A stretch of DNA of 64,000 bases from an uncultured Candidatus Binatia bacterium (GCA_965213675.1 OZ243916.1:1472001-1536000); one strand, 5' to 3'. Shown: positions 51,518-63,500, counted from the stretch's first letter. Program-made: numbers and translations. Notes: generated from the sequence alone by a model not told the origin.

Positions 51518-51678
51518 GGAGCCTGCGCCGCAGGAGTTCACGGCTGTAAATCCGCTCTCATCCGTCCCTTCAGCCGCTCGATTTCGTCAAATATGACCTG
51601 ATATTCTCCTCAATCGACCGGCCGAAAGGACGGCGATAGCGAATTTTCGCTTTCGCGAATTCCTCCGGCGCAGGCGCC
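51518..51678 (-). mobile_element. MITE-like family B copy 2
   Basis: IR GGAGCCTGCGCCGcAGGA/TCCTcCGGCGCAGGCgCC; minus-strand core TCGATT-GAGGAG-AATAT..ATATT-TGACGA-AATCGA. Confidence 0.75.
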
Positions 51679-51696
51679 CAGGCCGGCACTGCCCGT

Positions 51697-53481
51697 TCAG
51701 CGCCGCTGGGTAATGGTGTCCACCAGCGCCGGCTTGCCCTGCTTGACCTGGGCGATGGCGCGTTCGAGAGCCGGCTTCACGTCGTCGCCGTTCTCGATGG
51801 GGCCCTCGGCGTACCAGCCCATGGAGCGGGCGAGGCCGGCGAAGTCGGGGTCCGGGCCGAAGAGATCCATGCCGATGTGGGCGCGCTCCGGATCGGTGCC
51901 GCGGTTCCGCGCCATGACGATCTGATGGTTCCAATCGTTGTAGTAGGCGCGGTTGTTGTACATGACGATGAGCATGGGGATCTTATACTTGGCGGCGATC
52001 CACAGGCTGCCGGCGTCGAACATGAGGTCGCCGTCGGGTTGGAGGTCCACCACCAGCCGCCCGGCGTCCCTGTGAGCCAGGGCCACGCCCAAAGCCGTGC
52101 CGATCTGCGTGCCCGTGCCCAGCTCGCGGCCGCCGTGGCGGTAGGGCTTGTCGAAGTCCCACAGCCGCCGCGCCCAGTCGTGCAGGGTGCCCGAGGTCAG
52201 CACCCAGTCCTCGTCCTTGATGGCCTCCCACACCTCCAGCGCCAGCCGCGGCACGGTCATGGGCACCGCGTCCCAGCGATCCTCCCGCGCCTGCCGCATC
52301 CATTCGCCGCGCACCTGGGCGTGGCGCTGGCCCACCTCGTCCGTACGCCTGGCGATCTTCTCCGCCAAGCCCGGCGTGCGCGCAATGCGCTCCTTCAACA
52401 GATTGGTCAGCGCGGGGCACGCGGTCACCGGGTCCGCGGTCATGCGCTGGTGGGCGTAGAATGGCCGGGCGTAGGTCATGGCCCACTTGCTGATCTCCAC
52501 GTCGGTGTAGCCGATGTCGATCCAGGTGGCGTCTTCGGGCACCATGCTCACCACCGTGCGGGTGGCGATGTCGCGCACGTGGGTGGGCTTCTCGAAGTCG
52601 GCGATGTCCAGCGTCAGCACCACGTCCGCACCCTTGTAACAGCCCTCGCTGTCCATGCTCAGGTTGAGCGGATGCTCGCTCGGGAAGTTGAGCCGCGAGT
52701 CGCAGTCCCACACCGCCGCCCCCAGGGTCTCGGCCAGTGCCACCACGTGGTCCCAGCCGTGAGGCGGGCGCGCCGCGAAGTCGGCCACGATCACCGGGCG
52801 CTCGGCCGCGGCCAAGGTGTCGGCGGCCTTCTCCAGCGCCGCCGGGTCGGCCATGGCCTGCGCCGGCACCTGCATGTTGTCCAGCGGCGGCATGGCCACG
52901 TCGTGGTCCAGCGCCGCCTCCTGCAGGCCGGCGTCGTAGCACATGTAGATGGGTCCCTGCTTGCCGCTCATCATCACCGAGTAGGCGCGCGCGAAGGCGC
53001 CCGGGACGCCGTCGATGGTGGTGGGCTGGGAATCCCACTTCACGTAGTGGCGGATGGCCTCGCCCTGAACGCTCGCGGAATGGATCCAGTCGATGAACGG
53101 ACGCCGCTTGGGCTCTTCCATGGGCCCGGTGGCGCCGATGATGAAAACCGGAGCGCGGTCGAGATACGCATAGTAGATCCCCATGGGCGCGTGCAGCAGC
53201 CCCACCAGGTTATGCACGATGGCGATCATGGGCTTGCCGCTGGCGCGGGCGTAGCCGTGGGCGATCTGCACCGCGATCTTCTCATGGTTGCACAGCAGCA
53301 TGGGCGGGTTGTTCTCGCCGTAGTTCACCAGCGAGTCGTGCAGCCCCCGGTAGCTGGCGCCGGGGTTGAGCGCGATGTACTCGAACCCGTAGCGCTTGAT
53401 CATGTCCACGATGACGTCCGACTGCCACTTGCGGTCGGACTTCTTGATCTCGACCGCCTCTATCTTCTCCACCTTGCTCAT
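51697..53481 (-). CDS. Thiamine diphosphate-dependent enzyme (ALS/BFD-like), paralog 1
   Basis: NPGASYRGLHDS, HEKIA catalytic Glu, PDGDLMF..NNRAY. Confidence 0.88.
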   Translation of the reverse strand: MSKVEKIEAVEIKKSDRKWQSDVIVDMIKRYGFEYIALNPGASYRGLHDSLVNYGENNPPMLLCNHEKIAVQIAHGYARASGKPMIAIVHNLVGLLHAPMGIYYAYLDRAPVFIIGATGPMEEPKRRPFIDWIHSASVQGEAIRHYVKWDSQPTTIDGVPGAFARAYSVMMSGKQGPIYMCYDAGLQEAALDHDVAMPPLDNMQVPAQAMADPAALEKAADTLAAAERPVIVADFAARPPHGWDHVVALAETLGAAVWDCDSRLNFPSEHPLNLSMDSEGCYKGADVVLTLDIADFEKPTHVRDIATRTVVSMVPEDATWIDIGYTDVEISKWAMTYARPFYAHQRMTADPVTACPALTNLLKERIARTPGLAEKIARRTDEVGQRHAQVRGEWMRQAREDRWDAVPMTVPRLALEVWEAIKDEDWVLTSGTLHDWARRLWDFDKPYRHGGRELGTGTQIGTALGVALAHRDAGRLVVDLQPDGDLMFDAGSLWIAAKYKIPMLIVMYNNRAYYNDWNHQIVMARNRGTDPERAHIGMDLFGPDPDFAGLARSMGWYAEGPIENGDDVKPALERAIAQVKQGKPALVDTITQRR

Positions 53482-53499
53482 GCCTTTTCCTCCAGAAAT

Positions 53500-53702
53500 G
53501 TCATGCCCGCAACAGCTTGCCCTCGACCCCGATCGAGGGTGGGAATCCAGGCTATTCCTCCGGAAACGTCATTCCCGCAACAGCCGAAGTCGTCATCGGG
53601 AATCCCGGGGTGGGGACGCGTGGATGGGAGTCCCTCACCGCCCCGCGCCGCCTGGATTCCCGCCCCCGATCGGGGTCGAGGGCGAGCTTTCGCGGGCATG
53701 AC
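53500..53702. repeat. Composite REP/REPIN cluster
   Basis: GTCATGCCCGC..CCCCGATCGAGG..GGGAATCCAG, a central GTCATTCCCGC..GGGAATCC, and inverted CTGGATTCCC..GCGGGCATGAC. Confidence 0.75.
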
Positions 53703-53801
53703 AGTGTGACGGTGCGGGGCGGTAATTGCCAAGGAACCGACGGCCACCGAGGAATCGACGGCCGTCAGGGAACCGCCGGCGCTCACGTGTTGATGCGGCG
53801 C

Positions 53802-55568
53802 TCACGTGTTGATGTCCCGGCGCCAGACGATGGGGTCCACCAGGGCCGGCTTGCCGGCCTTGACCTGCTCGATGGCCCGGCGCACTGCCGGCGCCACCTC
53901 CGCGGGGTCCTCGATGGGGCCTTCCGCGTACCAGCCCATGCCCCGGGCGATGTGGGCGAAGTCCGGCGGCGGCGCCTCCAGGTCCATGCCGATGTAGGCC
54001 CGGGCCGGGTCGGTGCCGCGCTGGTGCGCCATGTGGATCTGGTGCGCCCAATCGTTGTAGTAGGCGCGGTTGTTGTACATGATGACCAGCATGGGGATGT
54101 CGTACTTGATGGGCATCCACAGCGCGCCCAAGTCGAACATGAGGTCGCCGTCGGGCTGGAGGTCCACCACCAGCCTCCCCTGCCCCTTGTGGGCCAGCGC
54201 CACGCCGATGGACATGCCGATCTGCGTGCCGGTGCCCAGTTCCCGGCCCGGATGGCGGTAGGGCTTGTCGAAGTCCCAGATCTTCTGCACCCAGTCCTTG
54301 AGCGTCCCCGCGGTCAGCACCCAATCCTCGTCCTGGATGACCTGCCACACGTCCCAGGCGAGCCGGGACTCGGTCATGGGCCGCTGGTCCATGTCCGCCT
54401 CCACCTGTTTCTGCCACTTCGCCCACTGCTGCGCGTGCTTCGCCGCCAGAGCGTTCTTGCGTTCGTCCACCCGCGACTTCAATGCCGGGTCCGTGTCGAC
54501 GAGCGCGCGGCACGCCTTGGTCAGTTCGGGAATCGTGATGGCGGTGTCGCCCATCACCCGCAGGTCCCAGTTGTTGTGCTTGTTGTAGTCGGTGGCCCAC
54601 TTGCTGATCTCGATGTCGGCGAAGCCAGCGTCCACCCATTTGCAGTCCGGCGCCGTCATCACCGTGACCTCGCGGGTCTGGGTGTTGAGCTTGTGAGAAC
54701 CCCGGGTCCAGTCCACCACATCGAGGGCCATCACCACGTCCACGCCCGCGAAGGCGTCGGGGTTGAAGCTCATGTTCAAGGGGTGGCGGTTGGGGAAGCC
54801 CAGCCGCTTGCAAACGTCGAAGACCGACGCGCCGACCGTTTCGGCCAACTCCACGGTGGGCTCGTAGCCCACGGGCATGCGCGCGGCGTACTCGGTGAGC
54901 AAGAGCGGGTTGTCGGCCTTCACCAGCATCTCCGCGGCCTCGGTCACCACCGACGGCTCCGGGGCGATGCGCGACGGCACCTTGACGGCGGACGCCGGTG
55001 GAATCGGCACGTCCTCGGTGAGGGGGCTTTCCTGCAGCGCCGAGTCGTAGCACATGTAGATGGGCCCCTGGGGCTCGCTCATCATGATGGAGTAGGCGCG
55101 CGCAAAGGAATCCGGCACGCCGTGGATGCTGCCGGGCTGATAGTCCCACTTGGTGAAGCTTCGCACCGCGTCACCCTGGGCGAAGGCCGTGTGGATCCAA
55201 TCGATGAACGGGCGCCGGTACTTCTCGTCCATGGGGCCGGTGGCGCCGATGATGAACACCGGGCAGCGGTCGATGTAGGCGTAATAGATGCCCATGGGCG
55301 CGTGCAGCAGCCCCACCACGTTGTGCACAATGGCGATCATGGGCTTGCCCGACGCCTTGGCGTAGCCGTGGGCGATCTGCACCGCGATCTTCTCGTGGTT
55401 GCACAGGAGCATCTCGGGATCGTTCTCGCCGTAGTTCACCATGGAGTCGTGGAGTCCCCGGTAGCTCGCCCCCGGATTCAGGGCGACGTAGGGGATATCG
55501 TAGAGCTTCATGAGATCGACGATGACGTCCGACTGCCAGCGTTGTTCCGATTTCTTGATTTCCGACAT
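53802..55568 (-). CDS. Thiamine diphosphate-dependent enzyme, paralog 2
   Basis: Same motifs as paralog 1; start at MSEIKK. Confidence 0.88.
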   Translation of the reverse strand: MSEIKKSEQRWQSDVIVDLMKLYDIPYVALNPGASYRGLHDSMVNYGENDPEMLLCNHEKIAVQIAHGYAKASGKPMIAIVHNVVGLLHAPMGIYYAYIDRCPVFIIGATGPMDEKYRRPFIDWIHTAFAQGDAVRSFTKWDYQPGSIHGVPDSFARAYSIMMSEPQGPIYMCYDSALQESPLTEDVPIPPASAVKVPSRIAPEPSVVTEAAEMLVKADNPLLLTEYAARMPVGYEPTVELAETVGASVFDVCKRLGFPNRHPLNMSFNPDAFAGVDVVMALDVVDWTRGSHKLNTQTREVTVMTAPDCKWVDAGFADIEISKWATDYNKHNNWDLRVMGDTAITIPELTKACRALVDTDPALKSRVDERKNALAAKHAQQWAKWQKQVEADMDQRPMTESRLAWDVWQVIQDEDWVLTAGTLKDWVQKIWDFDKPYRHPGRELGTGTQIGMSIGVALAHKGQGRLVVDLQPDGDLMFDLGALWMPIKYDIPMLVIMYNNRAYYNDWAHQIHMAHQRGTDPARAYIGMDLEAPPPDFAHIARGMGWYAEGPIEDPAEVAPAVRRAIEQVKAGKPALVDPIVWRRDINT

Positions 55569-55716
55569 GCGTATGCCTTTCTCCCACCCGGAAGGTCGGG
55601 TCTTCAAGATCGACTCTTGATCGATTCTTGACGACCGGATCGAGGCCCTTTGATACGGTGTGGGTGACGGTGATTGGAACGCCAAGTCCCGCGAGCACAA
55701 GATCTCGCGAAACCTA

Positions 55717-55875
55717 GTGTGTTGTCTGGTTAATACGCGTCATAATCTGCGGGTCTTTTTCGCCGTCGGCTGCGTTGCTCTTCCTCGCGTGGTACCCACC
55801 ACTGCTCGTCATCGCGCCTTGCCGACAACAATAAATCCTCCGCAGATTATGACGCGTATTAACCAGACACCACAC
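55717..55875 (-). mobile_element. MITE-like family A copy 4 (reverse)
   Basis: CTAG at both junctions; IR GTGTGtTGTCTGGTTAATACGCGTCATAATCTGCGG/CCGCAGATTATGACGCGTATTAACCAGACAcCACAC; core on the minus strand. Confidence 0.82.
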
Positions 55876-56133
55876 TAGGTCATCCTGATTGCCATGTCAA
55901 TTTGGCGAGAAAACCCATCAACCTGCGGCGCAAGCTCCGAGGTCCGGATGAAGATCGTTCCAGTCCTTGCGAATCCTCGTTTCGTCGGAAGGACGCCGTC
56001 CGAACCTACGACTCCCGTGCGAATCGGCAGCGTGGGACGCTCCTGCGGGTTTGCAAAGCATGATCGCTGTTGGTAGTGTCAGCATCACGTTAGACATGTC
56101 AGTTTCACGTCACTTCAGCGGAAAGGAAATCGG

Positions 56134-56559
56134 ATGATGAAAAGGCTCGGACTTGCACTGGTTTCGGGTGTGGCGTTTCTTGTAGTCGCAGGGTTGGCGG
56201 GTTTCGCGGCGGCGCAGGATCCGCGCGTCTTCTTCGTCGAACCCAAGGACGGGGCGGAAGTCGTGAGCCCGGTGAAGGTGGTCATGGGCGTGGAAGGGAT
56301 CACTGTCAAGCCTTCCGGCGCCGTGGTCGAGGGCACGGGGCACCACCACATCCTCATCAATCAGGGCCCCATGCGCGGCGGCAAGGTGATCCCGACGGAC
56401 AAGATCCACCTGCACTACGGCAAGGGCCAGACCGAAGCCGAGATCAAGCTCGAGCCCGGGGACTACACCCTGACCATGCAGTTCGCCGACGGCCTCCACC
56501 GCTCCTTCGGCAAGAAGCTGGCGCACACCGTCAAGATCAAGGTCGTGCCCGCGCAGTGA
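56134..56559 (+). CDS. DUF4399 exported protein
   Basis: Signal peptide; GTGHHHILIN..HYGKGQTE..LTMQFADG.H. Confidence 0.88.
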   Translation: MMKRLGLALVSGVAFLVVAGLAGFAAAQDPRVFFVEPKDGAEVVSPVKVVMGVEGITVKPSGAVVEGTGHHHILINQGPMRGGKVIPTDKIHLHYGKGQTEAEIKLEPGDYTLTMQFADGLHRSFGKKLAHTVKIKVVPAQ

Positions 56560-56642
56560 CCGATCTAGTTCGGGCCGCCCCGGCGGGGTGGACCGGGCGG
56601 CCGGTTTGACCACGAGGCAGCTGGCGGACCAAGCTGCGTTTC

Positions 56643-57521
56643 GTGGGACTCGGCGTCATCTACGCCCTCGCCGGGGGCATCGTGTGGGGGCTGGTGCCGC
56701 CGCTGGTGAAGCGCGGCCTCGTACACTCGGACGTGGACGCCGCCGTGACCATCCAGCAGGCGGCGATGGTGCCATTCCTGGCACTGGTCTGGATCGTCGT
56801 CTACGACGCCGGCGGGTTCCCGGTCCCCTTCCCCGCGGTCGCCACCTTCGTGGTCCTGGGCGCGGTGGGAGCGTTTTTCGGCCGGGTCTTCCTGCTGCGG
56901 GCCATTGACCAGGTCGGCGCCTCCCGCGCTCAGTCCATCAAGAACGCCTCGCCGCTCCTCACCACCATTATCGGAGTCACCCTGCTGGGCGAGAGCGCCA
57001 CCCCCGGGACCTTGGGCGGCGTGATCGCCATCGTCGCGGGCATCCTCCTGATCACCCACGTCAAGAGTTCCGGGGCCGTTCCGTCCGCCCCGCTGATGGG
57101 GTTCGTCAACGCTTTCCTGTCCTTCGCCTTCTACAGCCTGGGCCCCATACTCAAGCGCCTGGGCGTGCTCCTGGGCGGCGACCCCATCGCCGGCGCACTC
57201 ATTACCCAGATCACCGGTCTGGCCATGATCTTCCTGCTGGGCAAGGTGCTGCGCATCCGCATCGTCTTCCGCGGCGTGCCCCTGGCCGCCACCTTGTGCT
57301 TCGCCGCTTCCGGCGTGATCCACGCCATTGGCACGATCCTGACGTTCCTGGCCGTGGTCCACGCCCCCGCGGTGATCGTGGGACCCATCTGGAACATCCA
57401 GCCCCTGGTGACCTTCGCGCTGGCCCACTTCACCCTCAAGGGAATCGAGATCGTACGGTTCCAGGACGGCGTGGGCGCCGCCCTGATCGTCGCCGGTGTG
57501 TTCATCCTGGCGTGGATGTGA
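56643..57521 (+). CDS. EamA/DMT transporter
   Basis: About 10 TM helices in two EamA-like repeats. Confidence 0.82.
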   Translation: MGLGVIYALAGGIVWGLVPPLVKRGLVHSDVDAAVTIQQAAMVPFLALVWIVVYDAGGFPVPFPAVATFVVLGAVGAFFGRVFLLRAIDQVGASRAQSIKNASPLLTTIIGVTLLGESATPGTLGGVIAIVAGILLITHVKSSGAVPSAPLMGFVNAFLSFAFYSLGPILKRLGVLLGGDPIAGALITQITGLAMIFLLGKVLRIRIVFRGVPLAATLCFAASGVIHAIGTILTFLAVVHAPAVIVGPIWNIQPLVTFALAHFTLKGIEIVRFQDGVGAALIVAGVFILAWM

Positions 57522-57595
57522 CCAGGAGCCCGTCCGTCGCACGCGGACAACACCTGCCCAAGCCCCACCAGGAGCTTGCGCTGCGCCCCGGCGCC

Positions 57596-60500
57596 TTACC
57601 AGCGGGTGCGGATTTCGAGTCCGAAGCGGTGCTCCGCGGGGGCGTGGTCGCTGTCGCGCCGGGTGGTCTTGATTCCGAGGGAGAAGTCTGGGCCGTTGGG
57701 CGCGGGCTCCAGGCGCCAGCCGAGGGTGTATTCGCGGCCGTTGGGGGCCAGGCCGTAGCCGACGTGCGGACTGCCGGTGTACAGACCAGAGAAAGCCGGG
57801 AGTCCCCACGCGGCTTCCGCGGTCCACCGGGGCATGAGCTCACTGCCGGGGCGCTCTCCGATGGACTCCGCGTCGAACAGCGCGTCGAGTCCGCCGGAAG
57901 CCTGTCCGCCCAGTTCGTGGCGCAGCGTGAACGACAACCCGCGTTGGCTGGCCGGGTCGGGGTCGTAGGCGACGGCGCCGGAAAACCCCCGGTCCCTGCG
58001 CCCGTCCGCCTCATGCGACAGCAGCGTACGGCCCCGCACGTCGATGTCGAGGCCGTACCGCGGGACGATCCAGGTGACGCCGCCGCCCAGTTCGATGCCG
58101 AACCCGGTCTCGGCATCGCCGCCATCGTGACGCACACCCGCCTCCAGCCTGGGCGTAAGCGCGCCCCCGCCCCAGGCAGAGCTTGATTCAAGTGTTCCAG
58201 GCGCCAGCGTCCAGCTTCCCTTCAAACCCAACCGGAACCGGGTCACGTCCGCCTCCGACGCCGCCAACTCCCCATTCCTGTCCGAGGTCGTGCGCACCCA
58301 CATGCCGTCCGACACCACCGCCCACGCCAAGCCGCTGGCGAAGGACGGCGCCGGCAGGTCGCCGCGCAACCCCGTCGCGGCCAGCCGCCAGCCCGTGTCC
58401 GCCTTCAACGCGGAACCCAACTGCGCCCCGGTGAAGTTCTCCTCCGGCTCGTACGTCACCCGACCCTGACCGTAGCCCGCCGCGCCCCACAGTTTCAGCC
58501 GCTCCGTCGCCTGCACCGCGCCGTAGGGGATGGCCGCGGTCAGGGTGGAATCGAGCTTGCCCGAACCCGTGCCCGGGTCGTTGTAGCCGCCGTCGCCCCA
58601 GCCCTGCACAAGCGCGAGTCCCAGGAGCCACCGGTCGCGCGCATAATCGGCGCCCAGCATGGCCGCGGTGACCTCGCCGTCGAGACTCAGTGCCTTCTCC
58701 TTGCCGTCGAATCTCGTGTACGCGCCCCGGCCCCAGAACGCCACCGCACCGTCCTTCGCGTCCGGGTCACCGGTCAGGGTGAACGCGCTCCCCGCCAGCA
58801 ACTCCCTGCCCCTCATCATCCGCCCTGCGCCATGAGGCCCGGGCACGCCCGGACCGTATCCGAGAGTGCCGGGATCAGGAACCGGTCCAGCCCGGTTTCC
58901 GGTTGGGCGAGCGTAACTGCCCGTCCCCGGCGCGGCCGTCACCGGTTCCTGACCGCTACCGGCCACTTCGCGGCCCCCAAGAGCGTGGCCGCCCACCCTG
59001 CCCTGAAGACCCGGCGTCCGGGATGCCTCCATGCGGGCTGTGATGCCGTCGAGCGCCTGCTCGGCCACCGTGCGGCCGAAACGGGCGAGCCAGGCGTCGG
59101 GCAGCGGGTCGGAGTTCTTGATCGTGCCCGTCCCCTCGCCGTCGTCGATGGTCGCGTTCTCGGGGTAGTACAGGATGACGGTGAAGGTCTCATCGCCCTC
59201 GTCGTGGGCGTCGTCGAAGGTCGGTATCCAGATCTCAAACCGTTCGCTGCCGGGGTAGATGGTGGCGTTATTGCTGGTGAAGGGATAATCCTCCGATTGA
59301 CGGGCGTTGCCGTAATTCTGGCCGTCAAGGGTCCCCGATTCGGTGCTGTAGGTGAAGCTCACCTTGTGGGCTACGGGTTTCGACAGCGTTACCTGGAAGT
59401 AGACCTCGTCACCTTCCTCCGCCGAACCGTCGCTGATGGAGAGTGTTGGCAGGCCGTCGTTGTCGTGAATGGTGGCCTCGGCTTCGTTCCTGGGCGCCGC
59501 CGCCACGGTGTAGCCGGTGCCTGACTGCACCGTAGTGGTTACGGTGGCGCTGGAGGGGTCTTCCTCAATGCTGTCGTCGATGGTTCGCACGCTCAGCGTC
59601 GCTTGTTCCTGGCGCGCCGGGATCGTCACCTGGCGAGTGCCGGCATCGGCGCTGTTCACGAACGCGTTGCCCGGTTCGGCGACCTGAACCGTCACCTCGA
59701 GATCCGCCTCGGGGGCAACATCGGCGTGTAGGGTGAATTTCAGCGTGGTGCCCTCGAAGTCGGGTGAGTTCGGGAAAGCCGGACGCGTCGCCTGCTCCGA
59801 GGTCACGCGAATCTCAGGCACCGGCACGTCGTCGTCGGTTACCGACACGCTCGCCTCGTTCGTGGACGCCACCCGGTAGTGCGAGCGCGAGACGACTCGC
59901 GCCGTCACCGTGCCGTCGCGCTCGTCGCTGTCGTCGTCGACGGTGGCCACCGTGTGGGTCGCCGTGGCCGTGTTGGCGGAGAAGGTCACCGTCTTCTCGC
60001 CGGTGGTGCCCTCGGCGGCGAAATCCCCGCGCTGGGAGATGTCGAGGTGTACCACTAGATCCGCCGTCGGGGTGGGGCTGGCGCTCAGGGTGAAGCTCGC
60101 GGCCTGGCCTTCGCCCACCGAGGCGGCGTCGCGACTGATGCTGATCTGCGGCAGCGGCTCGTCGTCGTCGTTGACCGTCACCGAATACGAGCCGCTCTGG
60201 CTGTGCACGGTGTAGCCCGTACCGCTTCGTACCGCCGCGCTGATGCTGCCATTGGGTTCGTCGGTGCTGTCGTTGTTGGTGGTGACGCTGAAGGTCGCCG
60301 TGCCGCTGCCGCCAATGGTGATGCGCCGGGTGCCGGTCTGGCCGCCGCGAGCGAAATTGCCGCTCTGGGTCACATCGACGTTGACGCTGATGCTGCCCTG
60401 CGGCGCGGGCGAGGCGGAAAGCGTGAAGGTGGCCGTGCCGCCCTCGGTGATGGCGCCGCCACCGGAAATGCTGACCGCCGGTGTGGGCGGCGGCAGATCG

Positions 60501-63500
60501 TCGTCGTTGACCGCAATCGACGCCGAACCGCTGCTGCTCGACGGCGAGTAACCCTGGCCGCTGGCGATGGTGGCGGTGAGGCTGCCGTCCGGCTCGTCGG
60601 TGGTGTCGTTGTCGGTGGTGACGGTGAGGGTGCCGCTGCCGCCGGTGCCGATGGTGACCTGGCGTGATCCGGACTGGCCGCTATTGGCAAAACTGCCGCT
60701 GTCCACCACGTCGATGTTCACCGTGATCTGGCTTTGCGGCGCCGGGGTCGCGCTCAGGTTGAAGGTGGCCGTGCCGCCCTCGGTAATGGTGCCGCTACCG
60801 CTGATGCTCACCACCGGCGTCGCCGGGGGCGGGTCGTCGTTGTCGGTGATGGTGAGGGTGTGGACGGTTTGGCCGCCGAGCTGGTAGCCGCTGCCGCTGC
60901 CGCTGGTAAGGCTCAGTCGCACGGTTTCGTTGGGCTCATCCCTGCTGTCGTCGATGATCGAGACGGGAATGCTCGCGCTGCTTGCGCCGGCGGAGACCTG
61001 CAGGCTGCCGGCGCCGGAAATGCTGTAGTCGTTGCCGCCGCCCGTGGCGTTGCCGCTGACGTCGTAGCGCAGCGTGATGCCGGTCGTCAGCGCCGGGTCG
61101 AAATCGACTTGGATGTTGCGGGTGCCCGCGCCTTCGCCGGCGGTCGATGACGATGCGGTGAAGCTCGCCTCCGGCCGCGTCGCGTCATCGTTGTCCTGCA
61201 CCGTAATCGAGGCGGAGTCGAACACCGCGTCGGGGTCGTAGCCGTTGCCGGGGTCGACGGTCGCCGTGATGGTGCCGTTGGCCTCATCGTCGCTGTCGTT
61301 ATCGGTGGTGACGTGGAGGAAGCCGGTCCTGCCGCCGTTGCCAATGGTGACCGTTCTGGCGCCGGTCTGTCCGCTGTCGGCGAAGTCGCCGCTTTCGGCG
61401 ACGGTCACGTTTACGTCGATGCTGCCGCTCGGCGCCGGGGTGGCGATCACCCGGAAGCGGGCCGTGCTGCCTTCGGTGATCGCCCTTCCGGAGTCGGGGT
61501 AGATCGAAATCAGCGGCTGCACCTCGGTGTCGTCGTCGGTGATCACGACCACCATCTGTTCCGCGGTCACGTTCGCATACTCGCCTGTTCCCCGCACCTC
61601 GTGGTCGATGCGCACGACATGGTCGTGGGTGTCGGAATCCTGCATCGCGGTCACGGAGACGGGCTGTGGCTCGTTCCAGTTCCCGGGCGTGAAGGTGAGC
61701 GTGGTCTGGCGCGCCGGGGCATCCTGGCCGCTGTGTACCTGGGCCCTGCGCTCGTTCTGGCTGGTCGCGATCACCGTCACGTTCGCCGCCGGCGCACGGT
61801 TGAGCACCAGGCGATAGTCCTGGGGCTGGCCGCCTTCGGTGACGGGCAGGCTGACGGGGCGGACGGTGACGCCGGCCTGCGCTTCCTCGTCGTCACGAAT
61901 GGTGATCGTGGTCGTGGCCGGCGGAGGACCGTGGAGTTTCGTCCCATGGATATTGGTTCGAACGTTGCTTCCTCCCCGCGTCGTGTACTCCCGGGCGTAC
62001 CGAACCTCCAGACGGAAGGTCTCGTCCCGTTCGTAGTGGTCGTCCTGCGAGATGGGAACCGATACCGACAGCCGCGTTTGCCCGGGTTCGAACCAACTGA
62101 ATATCTCACTGTCAAACTGGGTGTCCCTTCTGCCGGCGGACTCGTATTCGTAATCGAAGACGCCAATGACCCAGCCTTCGAGCTCCTGGGAGAGCACAAG
62201 GACCACATCCAAGGTGCCGCCCTCGGTCACTTCGTAGTTGTCCCGCTCGAAGGCGATCGTGGGTATTTCGCTCAGGTTGAAGTCCACCGAGCCGCTACTC
62301 AACCCGCTGCCGGAGGCGCCGCCGTCGAGATTGGTGCCGGAATTGGCGTCGAGGGTACCGAGGCTCACCGTCACCGATTCGCTGCCTTCCTCGACGTTGT
62401 CCTCGATGCCGGTGATGGTCAGGGTCGCGGTGGCCGAGGCATTGGCGCCGCCGGTGAAGGTGACGCTCGCGTTACCGCTGTTGAGGTTGTTGCACTGCAC
62501 GCCCTGGGCGCTGGCGCAGGCGACCGTGTATTCGCTGTTGCGGTTGGCGACGCCGCCGAAATTGAGCGGCACCGTCAGCACTTCGGGGCTGACGAGGGCC
62601 CGGCCAAGCCCCAGGGTGAGGGTCTTGGTCCCGCCGTTTTCGGAGACGCTGCCCGTTGGCGCCGACAGCGTCACCAGGGTCGGGTCCTTGTCCACGATGG
62701 TGACGGTGGCGGTTGACTTCGCCGAATCGACACTGAGGCCCGCAATCGCACTCGGCAACGACAGCGTGGCGGTGAAGGTCTCCCGGGGCTCGTCGAGCAC
62801 GCTCTGGTCGATGCCGGGGCTCACCTGCTTACTCGACGCGCCGGAGCCGATGCTCGGGTCGGCGTTGTTGCCGCCGCTGCCGGTGCAGCGGGAGGTGCTG
62901 CGGACGACGCCGGTGAAATCGTCGCCGAAGGTGGCGCTCTCGCCCGCGAGGCAGACGCGGAAGCTGACCGGGCCGGTGCCTTCGGACAGCTCGGCGTTCA
63001 GGTTCACCGCGTTCGAACTCTCGTTCACGGTGACGGCGGTGGTCTGCCAGCCGATGGTGCGGCCATCGTTGATGGTGAGGTTGAAGCTGTTGTTGCTGCC
63101 GTGGGGGTCGGCGCCGCCGCCGACGTTGGTGGCGAGGGTCGAACGGTCGAAGCCGTTGGCGCCGCTGCCGTCGGGGCCGAGGGCGAGGGTCAGGGTCTCG
63201 CCGCCGCTCTCGGTGGTGCCATCCACGGTGGCGGTGAGTTCCAGGGTCGCCACCCGGGCGCCGGCGCCCGTGAAGCGCACATTCGGATTTTGCCCCGTCA
63301 CGTTGCTGAGCGACACGCCGGTGTTGGCTGCGCCGGCTTTCTTCGCGAGGTTCCAGTCGCCGGTGGTGATGTTGGTGCCGCTAGTGCTGAGCGGCACGTC
63401 GATGATTTCGCCGGCGACCAGCGCCCGCCCCAGGGTGACGGTGAACTCGGCCTTGCCCGCCTCGTAGATGGCGCCGCTGCCGACCCGGGCGAGGCTGACC

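Noticed and set aside
55880-56130. Possible ncRNA or small ORF in the intergenic region
   Set aside because: No recognisable motif, repeat or strong structure by eye.
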